Positions 24,905-36,213 of a DNA stretch of 64,000 bases are shown here, in pieces. Source of the stretch: Amphiscolops sp. MND2022 (taxonomy: Eukaryota); contig OZ076418.1 of NCBI GenBank assembly GCA_964187785.1, positions 27,280,001-27,344,000 of the forward strand, written 5' to 3'. The notes below the pieces were generated by a model. The model made no database searches. It was not told the origin of the DNA and saw nothing but the letters and a program-made list of their open reading frames with translations. The position numbers and the translations under genes are program-made. Position 1 is the first letter of the stretch; every line of letters begins with the position of its first letter.

Positions 24905-27900
24905 ATGAACAACAATTCAGACCCGAGTACCTCGGAACAATCCGGCCAATCGGCCGCAAATCAAACGATAATGAACCAGACGACAGCAGACAGACTGGAG
25001 AAGAATAAATACAAAATACCGATTTTATCGGACAGAGAGACAGATCTGACCAAAACAAACCCGCGAATGTGGTGGGAACAAAGTTCGGCGTACATACATC
25101 TCACATACAACCGAAATCTGGACAAACTGATGGACCAAGGCATCGAACGAATGGATCCACATACAGTGTATCAAATCAAAGGAGATGTTCATTGGGCACT
25201 AGGCCCTAAGGCCAAACACGAAATAATGAGGGGCCAATGGGGCAAAGAGTTAAAAGACATCGACCTTCCAGAGCTGCTGAAGCTACTCAAGAAAACGTTC
25301 ATACCGGCAAGAAATGTATTCCACATCCGAGCACAATTTTTCAATATCCAACAAGAAGAGAACGAAACGCTGGACGAATATTAGAAAAGACTGGTGGACA
25401 TTGAAAGAAAGTGCGAATTTAACAGCATCACACCGGAAGAAATCATCACTTACAAGTTTGCAGCAACTATTAAAGACAAAAAAGCCCAAGAAAAACTCAT
25501 AAAAGGACCACTGAAACTCCAAATGGTCCTTGAAACCATCGCATCGAACAAGACAATTACAACCGCAAATACGGAGACAAAAAGACAAACAAAAAACACC
25601 GAAAACTCAAGCTGGAAAGCTCATCAAGTGAAAACAAGTCGCACATACACATCCAACACGGAAACGGAAGATAGCCGAAATGGGGAAGAAAAAACTGCCG
25701 AACCGTAATTGTCACTTTTGCGGTAAACCAAAATGGTCACTGGAACATATTTGCCCAGCACGGCGATCACAGTGTAACAACTGCAAGAAAATGGGACATT
25801 TTGCCAAGGTGTGCAAGTCCAAAACCGTTAACCGGATACAAAAAGAACCATCATTGGATAGCAACACCGAATCATGGCCCGAGATTGACCACATTCAAGA
25901 AGTCAACGGCATAAACCGGATTGATTTCTACAAAGCAATAATTTGGTTCAAGGACAACCAATAGAATTCATCATCGACACTGGCTCCCCAGTAACGATAA
26001 TACCCCTATAGTTAATACAACGGAAATACACAGAACCACAAAAAGCTTTGTAGAAGTGAAAAAAATCCGATAAAGTTCAAGGGCGAGATCATGGTCGAAG
26101 TGAAAACGGAGAAAAGTAAAATAACACTTCCCATACTAATCACCGAAAACAAGAACACCCAACCCTTGCTGGGACTGGATTGGCTAGACAAACTAGAAAT
26201 TAGACTACAAGGGAACACAAACACGAATATCATCCGACATATTGAAACAGATGAAAGACGACAGAAGCTTGTAAATGAATACGAAGCTCTATTCAAAAAC
26301 AACCATACGATCAAAGATCTAGCCATTGACATTCAACTGAAAAGAGATACAAAGCCGATACAACAAAAAGGACGACCGGTGCCAATACTTTTCCAAACGA
26401 CGGTCAAGAAAGAGCTGGAAAAGCTAATCGAAAGCGGAAATCTGGAAAAAGCAGACAACACTACGGAAAACTGTTTTGTTTCACCGGCTGCCATAACAAT
26501 AAAGAAAGATAAGTCCGTAAAATTAGCTCTGGATTCAAGAAACTTTAACGAGGCATGCGTCAAGAGAAAAGCGGCAATGCCAAATATGGAGGAGCTAATT
26601 AGCAAAATATCAGCGGAGATTACCCGTAATAACGGGGAAATTTGGATGTCAAAGATCGACTTGGACTATGCTTACGGACAAACAAAACTAACCGTGGAAG
26701 CAGCAAAACACTGTGTCTTTTCGATAATTGTCGGTGATTTCACCGGCCACTACCGATTCAAGAAGGGGATTTACGGGCTGTCGGATATCCCCAATGTGTT
26801 CCAGGAACACATTGACAAGTTGCTGGAATTTGAAACACCGGTATGGTTGAATGACATAATTTGCGCAACCAGCGGAGCAATTGACGAACATGAATGCGAA
26901 GTTCGAGAAGTACTCACAAAATTACAAAACGCCGGATACAGAGCGAGTGAGAAGAAAACCGAATTATTCAAACAGGAGATAACTTAGCTGGGCTTTCACA
27001 TCGATCAAAACGGAGTGAAACCAATAAAGGACAAGACAGAAGCGATAACAAAACTGAAAGCCCCAGAGAATGCCAAAGAACTCAAATCCTTTCTGGGATC
27101 AGTACAACATTTATCAAAATTCATCAATAATCTATCCAAGAGGACCGACAGAATGAGAAGACTGTTAAAGAAAGAGACCAGTTGGGAATGGACATCTGAA
27201 GTGAATGAAGATTTCGAAAACCTGAAAAAAGAAATAACCGAATCACCATGTCTGGCTCATTTCGACCCGACGAAGGAAAATTACGTAACAACTGAAGCCT
27301 GCAACACGGGACTCGAAGCGACATTTTGGCAGAAAGAATGGGAAATCTTTAGACCAATTGCTAGTAGATTCCTCACAGATTGTGAGAGAAAACACGCCAT
27401 TAACGAACTAGAACTACTAGGAGCGCTGTGGGTTAGATTACTTCAGGTATTACGTTTACGGAAAGAGGGTAAATTTGTTAACGGATCACCAAGCGCTACA
27501 ACAGCTGTTAAAAACAAATTGGGCACACAAGCAATACAGTGCTAGATTAACACGGTGGCTAGACAGATTGAGCCACTTCGATGTAAACGTTCAACACACA
27601 GCTGGTAAAAACATTCCGGCGGCTTACTTAAGCCGACATCCGATCGTAAACACCGGTGAGAACGCCACGGAGAACAACTTTAGCGGTCAAAACGAAGCGG
27701 AATCCTAGGAAGAGTTCGTGATAAATCAAATACACGGCCTATTCGATTTCATTCAAACGAACGGAAGCATAAAAAGATTCACAGAGCGAACCAAAACGAA
27801 ACAAAAACCGACCAATCACAGCGCGGCACATGCAAACGTGAACAAAATAATTAAACTCATTTGCTCAAAACTTCAATACCATTGAACGGTGTTAATCAAA

Positions 27901-30148
27901 TCTCGTCCGCAAAATCTTTAGATGAATCAACAACTACTTCAAAAACGGACAAAGTAAATGGCATAGACATGCATTTCATCTTCAAGAAAAGAGGACATTC
28001 ACCAGATACTCTCAGGCTCTGGACAGAGCGGAAAAGACTCCTAAAACCCGAAAAAAGGAGAATTGTTGGCAAAGGAACGGACAACGAGAGATTGCAAGAG
28101 TATCGACCTTCACAACAGGTCCGAAAGAGAATTGCAGAATTGAACCTTTAAATATACAATAGATTCTTCAGCTTCTGTGAAACACTGGGAACGACACCAT
28201 TGAAAGAGTTCCAACTGAACAACCACGAGTCATGGATCACACAATCGTCTGATACCGAAAGCCAAACCAGCAATATCAGACAAGAAAAATGCCCCACAAA
28301 CGTCATCAAGAAGTTTCGAAAGAATGAAACAGTCAATTTAATCCGGCTGAAACAAACCGTGAAACCGAACACTCTGGACGACGAACACAATGAACGGACC
28401 GAGGAAACAATCAAAAAAGCCGAAAAAGACTTCGCACTCGATCTACTTTTGCTAGTAGAAGAGACAGCGAGAGATGAAAAATTTTGAACGCTATTACTGC
28501 TATTGAAAGGCAGAACATTGAAGAAATCTTTTATCCTTACCGACCACACCGATACCACCTAACTACCAGATTCGGCTTACTTTTTTATAATGACAGGATC
28601 GTAATACCCGAAGCAATGAGGACAACAATTATTGCTATGCTCCATCAGGGACATCCTTCAGCCGATAAGATGGATCAATCATCCACAGCATTTTGGTGGC
28701 CTGGCCTACACCGGGAAATAAGAGAAAAAGCCGAAAACTGCCCGAGCTGCAGAGCGTCAGATAAGAATTTAGCAACACAAAAACCGTCAACGGAGAAAAA
28801 CAACCTAGAAATTTTATCCGAACCAAACCAAGAAATCCAATTGGACTTCGCTGGTCCAATAAAATCAAAGACCCGCGGCGATGTATATATTTTAGTCGCA
28901 GTCGACCGTTTTAGTAAATGTCCAACGGCTCAGATTTGCAAATATACTGACTCGCGGTTAGTTCTGAAAGTTTTGACGAAATATTGTTCCGATAACGGGA
29001 CACCACAGAGCATACGCACCGACAACGGTAGCTGTTTTAAAAGTAGCGAACATAAAGAATTTTGTAACCAGGAGATCTTAAAGCACATCCGATGCTCACC
29101 GAATCTACATACGGGTACCGGCCAAGTGGAAAGAACTATACGGACAATTAAATCATTAACCAGAGCAAATATGGCGGACGGCGTTACATTTGAAGAAGGT
29201 GTCAACTTAGCGAATAAAACAATCAGACAGACGCCGCATAGTAAATTAAACATGACGCCATTCCAAATGCATTTCGGACGCAAACCACGCACGGCAATAA
29301 CCAATCTAATTGGTCGACCAAATGAATGTGGCTTCTCCAATTGGAAAAAGACATTGACCAATTACGTTTTAGCACAACACACTGAGCTGCAAATGTTCAC
29401 GATTAACGACTCAGAGGGAGAAATGGCGGATTACATGATTCTCACTGACTCAAAGAAGAGGGCCAGACCGGTAAGCCGGGAATTTAAACAATATCAATTT
29501 TTCGAAAAGGAAAACAACTCAAACGCCATGAAATGTAGATTTAAGACTAACAAAATATTAACAGCAGTATTTCAAACTAAACACACAATAACTAGGTCTG
29601 AAGGAAAAGTAATACAAAAAAAACTAGCGTCAAAACCGATAAAATTTCAGTCGTCAAAGAAACCGGAAGAGAAGAGAAAACCAACCAACCGCTGCATAAG
29701 ATGTGGAAAATTCAGCCAAGGGAACTATTGCGACACACACAAGAGAGTTTACGGGGTCACAAAAGACACTGACGGACCGAGCTGCAGCTACACTCTCCCA
29801 ACAATGCCCGAGAAAAGGTCGACCTACGGCGACGCTACCGTGACGGACACAGAATCAGACAGTCCGAACAAACAAGATGAAACAGCGGAGAAAGACGAAC
29901 CGCCAATAAACAACACAACTACCGCGACGGAAATACAGCCGGCCAAAGAGGAGACTACGCCCGAATTAAACACGCCGCCACCACCCACGCCAGTACAACG
30001 CAGCACTAGCTACGGTATGCGCCCGACTCAACCGGAAGGTGAACAACAGACGCCGATACGCGCAACCGTTAGCGCCGAAGTAACACAAAAGAAAGTATCA
30101 TCGGGTCCCGGAAAAAGTAACTTAAGAACGATAGAAAAAAAGGAATAA
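24905..30148 (+). pseudogene. Gypsy-2 gag-pol with multiple stops/frameshifts
   Basis: Knuckles CHFCG...CNNCKKMGHFAKVC; protease FIIDTGSP; RT KIDLDYAYGQ and WLNDII (DD altered); RNase H TEACNTG; integrase HQGHP...CPSC, QLDFAGP, DNGSCF, GQVERTIRT. Confidence 0.92.
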
Positions 30149-30395
30149 AAAATTGCAAAATACCAATTGAACCATTAATAGATCTCCGTAGATCCAGTAG
30201 AATAAAGGACGCTAAGCGAACTGTAAAACTAGGAGGGGTAGAGTATTTCTAATCTGGTTAAATCGTTTAGAGTTCTCAAGCCCACTACAACGATTCCTAC
30301 GACACCCCTTTCCGAAGATCAAGAAGGAGAATGCGCAAACCGACAAACCGGTCAAATGGGAACCCACAGAGGATCAACAATGGTTTCCCTGAGCT

Positions 30396-30408
30396 AAAAA
30401 GGGGGGAA
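30396..30408 (+). promoter_or_regulatory. Gypsy-2 polypurine tract
   Basis: aaaaaggggggaa abutting the 3' LTR. Confidence 0.85.
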
Positions 30409-30607
30409 TGTGAGAAGATGCCGCTATATCTACTCTATTAAGTTCATAGTACCTGTTAACTGCTAGATCTCACTATATGAACACTTTGTTGAAGTAGCTA
30501 CATATGATACAGTTTCGACATCAGTTACATGATCTAACTTCGAAACTTTGTTTTTATTACTATTGCTTTTAATTCAACCTTCTTATCTGAGTCTCCAGTC
30601 AATTACA
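30409..30607 (+). repeat. Gypsy-2 3' LTR
   Basis: Direct repeat of 24686-24884, followed by TSD aacaa. Confidence 0.95.
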
Positions 30608-30752
30608 AACAATGAACGCTTTTTAAAAACGTGTTGTAAAAATTGTGTTGTTTTCAATTATCAACCATAAGGTTAAAAAAATCAAATGTTTGGAATGATG
30701 AAGGATCACACAAAAGCATTGATTGTTCACAATACAGAGTCAATTTAATTGA

Positions 30753-30971
30753 TCACAACACTGGGTAAAGGGCAGCTGCAGCAATGCCACAGTCAGCCAG
30801 AGTATTTCTGGCCATTCTTGCAAAACCTTCTTCTCCCCATTGAGATCCCCAATTGTTCTGAATGACCCAAAAGTCGCCTGCAACTGGGTCATTCCCATAT
30901 CCTGTTAGCACGACAGCATGGTTCACAGCTATTCGTACCATTTTGCACATAGGATCGAAAAACACGCCAGA
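30753..30971 (-). CDS. Papain/cathepsin-L-family gene, last coding exon
   Basis: SGVFFDPMC...VNHAVVLTGYG...DFWVIQNNWGSQWGEEGFARMARN...CGIA..ALYPVL*; His and Asn of the triad retained; AG acceptor at 30972-30973. Confidence 0.93.
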   Translation of the reverse strand, partial: SGVFFDPMCKMVRIAVNHAVVLTGYGNDPVAGDFWVIQNNWGSQWGEEGFARMARNTLADCGIAAAALYPVL

Positions 30972-31097
30972 CTTTCGAATGATAGAAACGGCGAGTTTTT
31001 GGGAGGTTTTGCTTGAAACGTTCTATCTTGTTAACACTGTCGTAGAATAAAGATAGTTGAATGGGTTACAAAAACAGTTTATTTTGTTAAATCTAAA

Positions 31098-31351
31098 ACA
31101 TCAGTTTCTTGTCGGTTTTTCTGCACAATGATGGAATTCATGGAAACATGACAATACATGTGTTATCAAACCACATGCATTCATGCAAAGTTCATGTGAT
31201 ATCCATAAATGGTCCATGTACATATATGTACATGGACCATTTATGGATATCACATGAACTTTGCATGAATGCATGTGGTTTGATAACACATGTATTGTCA
31301 TGTTTCCATGAATTCCATCATTGTGCAGAAAAACCGACAAGAAACTGATGT
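31098..31351. repeat. 254-bp perfect palindrome (127-bp arms, no spacer)
   Basis: Centre cata|tatg at 31224/31225; the ORF track gives the identical 79-aa ORF on both strands. Confidence 0.97.
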
Positions 31352-31698
31352 CATGCGGTAATTTTTGCGTGATGAAATCCGTAGACCTCTTTGAAGATCA
31401 CCACGAAAAAACTTGTTTATTTCATATGTTATTAATCGTTTTGACGTCATTATGTTAGTAAACGCGGATTCGTCATGATCCATGTATGATAATGCATAGC
31501 GATCAAGCTATCATTAAGTTTTCATGATCATGCATGGAAATGTAATGGACTTCAACACCGGTAATAACTCACTGAATGAGCAAATATGTTTCGACATGAT
31601 TTGAAAAAGTCGTTTATTTTGCTCTGAAAAGAAGAGGTCTTTTGATTACTTGACAATGACAGACTTTCTGACACTTCTGTGTGAGCTAGTATCAACCG

Positions 31699-31790
31699 AC
31701 TTCAATGTTGAAGAAAAATCCGGAAACTTTAAAGAAATTTTTATATAAAAATTTCTTTAAAGTTTCCGGATTTTTCTTCAACATTGAAGT
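31699..31790. repeat. 92-bp perfect palindrome (46-bp arms, no spacer)
   Basis: acttcaatgttg...ttttat|ataaaa...caacattgaagt. Confidence 0.95.
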
Positions 31791-32185
31791 ATGGCACTTT
31801 GCTTTTCTGTACAAGGCGAAACTGCAAGTAGATTTGAGAGTTGGGATGAATTTCAAACAAGACCGGAACGTCTCAAATCATCTCGCTTAATGCTAAAAGA
31901 ACTCAAATTCTCATTTTAAAAAATGGTTTTTATGGTTTCATTGATTTCAGAGTGACAAAAATTGAAGAAATACCCTTTGGGCTCGAAAAAACCCAAAATA
32001 GTGGAGAGAAAACTTTCCCCTCAAAAAATCACACACTGCCGAAAAACCTAAAGGGGGCTCGTTTAGACTGGAAACACGTGTTTTTCTGAGTGAAAACAAA
32101 AAAATGAACACTGGAATGATAAATGGATTCGAAAAACTGAAAAGAAGCAAACACAAAAATTCGAAACACAAAACTGTTCAGTTTT

Positions 32186-32255
32186 GAGTAGGGTTCGAAC
32201 CCACCATCTTCTGGTTAGGAAGCACACATCTTAATCACTAGACCCATTGACAGCC
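32186..32255 (-). repeat. tRNA-derived (SINE-like) segment within a copy of the composite repeat
   Basis: Minus strand ggctgtcaatgggtctagtgattaag (A-box-like)...ggtgggttcgaaccc (B-box); not a clean cloverleaf; adjacent sequence resembles 3800-4450. Confidence 0.6.
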
Positions 32256-32469
32256 AAGCGGCACGAACAAACTCTGTTTAAGAAAAGTACGAACAAACTC
32301 TGTTAAAAAAGGGCCATTCAGTGTAATGTCTATGGTTTTTATGTTGATACGGCTTCTGGATTTCCGAAAAAATATTCGATACTAAAAAAATAGGAATTTA
32401 GGAGCGATTGTTTCCGTATTATATAATTGAAGCTGGTGATAATTTCTATTTCAAAAACTGCCGCCATGC

Positions 32470-32692
32470 CTTGTAGAAAAAGAACTTTTTAGTCGCTCGG
32501 ATGCTGACTGAAATGGGTCCGAGGACGTACAATGCAATTTTCAAGTTTTCTTCGTCATTTGGCTGCAGAAGATGAAATTCTTTGATTCTCACGGATTGAT
32601 GATAACTTCGGCGTTGACAATCACCTAATAACAGCCCACTTGCTCCTCTACGTTTCCTTTCTGAGCTAAAATTCTTCACAAATTCCCTCAGC
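32470..32692 (-). CDS. Cathepsin-L-family gene, internal exon
   Basis: ...DCQRR...PNDEENLKIALYVLGPISVSIRATKKFFFYK; AG acceptor (phase 2). A GC donor (aag|gcatgg) joins in frame to give FYK|SGVF. Confidence 0.88.
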
Positions 32693-32879
32693 CTGTGAAC
32701 AAATCAATAAGTTTTTCCTCAAATGGCCCAAAATCATATGGTTCTTGTTGGCGAATTTTAAGCACCAATTCATGAATCAATTTCGGGGACCTGTGAATGG
32801 TCTCTAAAGTGGCAAGGGGAATCGATTCAGACAACAAATGTAACAACGGTAGCTAGTTGCGGATTATAATCATTTTTCA

Positions 32880-33200
32880 CTTGATTGCTTTGAGCTTTTG
32901 AATCTCAGTTGCTTTGTGAACTCAGTTTTTCAAAAAAAATGGAACAATTTTGAAGCCTGTGAAGCCTTGAAGTTTTGCAGGGTTCATTATGCATCAATTC
33001 TAATTTAAAATACATCTGAGACATTACCAATTTTGCCGTCATTTTATTTAGAACTGAATTCACATTAACATTGTAAACTGTAAACTAGCGTCACCTTCAC
33101 AGTGCTGTTTGAAAACCGTAAATTACAGCAGATGAATCCTCGAGAAAAAAGTGCGAAAACAACGTGATTGTGTCGGTACCGAAATGCGAAATATGAAATA
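32880..33200 (+). repeat. Family A repeat copy
   Basis: gaagttttgcagggttc...tagcgtcaccttcac...aaaacaacgtgattgtgtcgg. Confidence 0.55.
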
Positions 33201-33670
33201 TGTTCAAATTTAAATGCACTAATGTGAGCTGCTGTAAACTTTTATAAAATTCGAGGCCAGAACCATAGCGGAGTTTTCACGGTATATGAAAATTAATCCC
33301 TGCACACAAGCCTGGTATCGAAATAGCTACAGCAGTCTCACTAAATTGGTCAGATGGTTCGTCAATAACGATTCTTCAACAGTAGTTTCTGGTTACTTTA
33401 CTGCTTATCATAGAGCTTCGGTTGAATTTTATTTTTAGGTTCCTCTGCTGATACTAAAGCAACCAAAGAATTTTTGATGCCTATCAAATGACTTTCAAAA
33501 ACTTTTATTTCAGGAAAAGTTTGTTGATTTGGACCCTTCGTTTTTTCCGGGAATTTTTTTGAATGTACCGTTTTTGTATGTAGCTTTTCTATGAACATTG
33601 AAGCCTGAACGTTATTCACTATGGTGTTTCAGTAGGAGGAAGTGACTTTCCTTTGGTGGTTCTGTCAAAC

Positions 33671-33809
33671 CGTTCATACGGGTACTCATCGTCCGAAATA
33701 ACTCCATTCCACAGAAAGTACCAGAAAGCGTCCAGTGCTATAGATGGTCGGTAACTGAATTCAGGAGCACAGTCGAGAATTTCTTGTCTGCTGAGAGTTA
33801 CTGGGTATC
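33671..33809 (-). CDS. Cathepsin-L-family gene, internal exon
   Basis: YPVTLSRQEILDC...AFWYFLWNGVISDDEYPYE; 139 nt, phase 1 in and phase 2 out, AG/GT boundaries. Confidence 0.88.
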
Positions 33810-33835
33810 CTCAAAAATAGAAGAAATCTCATACC

Positions 33836-34190
33836 TTAGTTGAAAATGCTTGAACTTTTTACACGTTTTCGTAGGTTAACAAGCTAAATTTTAAGGAAGC
33901 ATTCATGCATTAATATTTCACTAGTTCAATTTAATTTTATCAAGCTGCCTGTAAGTTGCATCCTAAATTTTTGGCGGCAAATCCGATCCGTGAAGCTTTG
34001 CGAATTTCATACAGAAGCAGTTTTCTTCTTGAAAGCAACTGAGACCTCATCAATTTTACCGCGATTTCAATGCAAATAAACTTCAGTCACTTTCGAAGTT
34101 TTTTTTCGTCATATTCAGCGTGTTATCTGAGAAACCGTGAGTACGTAAGATGTTTACTTGAGAAACTTACGCGTGAGAACAAAGTGATAT
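33836..34190 (+). repeat. Family A repeat copy
   Basis: atgcttgaactttttaca...ttttatcaagctgc...ttggcggcaa matches the reverse complement of 52920-53325. Confidence 0.6.
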
Positions 34191-35283
34191 ATTTACTTTG
34201 CTCTTCCTACTATCTTAACTCCTACTTTCAATCAAAGTGTAAAAACACCGTCACCGATACTTCCAGCAATTCAACCCACACTCCAACCACTCCTAACAAT
34301 ACCTCTCTTCTAACCACTTTTTTCCTAAATTTTTTTTCAGCTCACTAAAGACTTCTCACTTGGCCCTTCAACTATGGGCCCTAACTCCCCCATCAACTAA
34401 CCTTCAAGTCATTGATAAAGACGACATGGCATGAATGAAAAACAAGTGAAATGCTAATATATCCTCTTTTTATAGAATGAAGAATTTTGCTTCCAGTTTT
34501 AAACCCTCTTAATTTTCATCGATTGCCCAAATTCCAAAACTAATCTCCCATCTTTGTATATGCTTTTCACTTCATTATGTTCAGCAACTTCTCACATATG
34601 TAACTGTGATCACGTTATAACATTTGCATTCAATCTACTTTCACAGTTTTCCTAATCTAAAAACAAAACGATTGAACACTTTCAACTCCAATTCATTTTC
34701 GTGACACCATCTCGAAACGACATCAACACCAGCCCTAATGACTTCACTATTTCTCTTTCAGTGAAAAATTTCACCATTAAACTTATGAACTTTTTCATGA
34801 CAACAACATGAAAGTTTTTTTCGACTCCCCTCAATGATCATGCTTGCTCCACATATACCTCCCTTGTACAAAACAAGACTTCCATACGAATCGCACAGTC
34901 AACGAACAAGATGCGTTGAAAATGAAGTGCTAAGTATTTATGGTAAAAGTTCATAATGCACTAAAAGTGGATATTGCGTTGAACGGGCGAAAGCAAACTA
35001 GCCACTGTAAGAGTCGTGCATTTTCCTCAAAAACATACACCCTCATATATGAAACTTTAAAGAAGTACAATACATCATAACAACAATATGAACTGTATTT
35101 AGGTACTTTATCGAAACCCGGTGTTCATTTAAAAACACTAACTGAAACAATAAACTCAATGCAATTCAACCTTCCCGAACCTCGACCTCAAATTTATGCG
35201 CTTAAAACCTTTAAACAGACACTAGAATATACATCGAATATCTATTATAAAGCATTCAACTTTTGACCTCCCCAAGAACCCAT

Positions 35284-36213
35284 TGTCATGCCGGAAGCAT
35301 GAATGAAACTGATAAAAAACATTCTAAACATTTTAAAAACTCAGTTAAATGTAATACTCTTGATATTTCAATAACCATGAATTACCATTGAACAATAACG
35401 GGCCTATCCCATCATCATTATTACTTCCTAAAACAAAAACGAATTGTAAACGTTGACATCATTTACTCATTACACGCTACGTACAAGTGCTTTCACCATA
35501 TTTGACTTCATCAGTAAAATGTAGTATCATATATAACGTTAGTAGTGCACCATCATAGACGCAATTTTGTATCAACCAACGCAAGTGATAGATGATTCAT
35601 GTAACCATGGTAACATATAGGTGCTACCTTTTGTACTAAACGCCATTTACGTTGCTACCAGCAGGACGCACCAATTAACACCTAATCAATAGCGCAATAC
35701 TATTGGTCAATGCGGTCACGTGACCAACTGCAGTGAAAATTGCGACAAGAGTTGAAGTACCATCAGTACAAAAATTTTACATAGCCTGACGTAGTTTTGC
35801 TTACCTCATTGATTTACTCAAACTTGATATTCATATTTTCAATCAAAATCAATAAACCTTTACAACAACAATTCCTTTCGAAGATTTGAAGATGGTCAAT
35901 ACTAGATCTCAAAACGTAGATAGTTATGCTGCGTGTTCCAGTGGAATGGAACAAAATAGTGACAACGAAAGCGAATATAGTTTCCCTAACACGTTATCAA
36001 GAAATCAGATAAATGAATTCGAGAATGGAGATCTAATCAATGTTAGATATAATTCCAGTTTAAATTCTGTCGATCAACGTTTCATGGAGATGAATAAACA
36101 AATCAGTGAATTAACAAACATTGTGTTAGCCCTTACTGAGAAAATATCATCACCGACAACCGAATGTAGCGGACTCAACACCGTTATTAATACGAACGTG
36201 ACTCGTTCTGACA
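35284..36213 (+). repeat. Gypsy-3 5' LTR
   Basis: tgtcatgccgg...gttctgaca; about 15 substitutions and 1 indel versus 49557-50485. TATA-like 35530, palindromic E-box 35714-35725, AATAAA 35851. Confidence 0.95.

Larger units (their letters stand above)
24686..30607 (+). mobile_element. Gypsy-2: 5.9-kb Ty3/Gypsy element (Mag/K02A2.6-like), decayed
   Basis: 199-bp LTRs, 5-bp TSD aacaa, PBS, PPT and gag-pol remnants. Confidence 0.96.

Noticed and set aside
31101-31348. Identical 79-aa His/Met-rich ORF on both strands
   Set aside because: Artefact of the perfect palindrome in an intron; no splice or homology support.
32186-32255. Functional tRNA gene
   Set aside because: Stems do not pair into a proper cloverleaf; treated as a tRNA-derived repeat.
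33615-33670. Non-canonical GA donor (aaag|gaaagt) for the cathepsin exon
   Set aside because: It gives an immediate stop after joining; the canonical GT donor at 33670 fits the phase.
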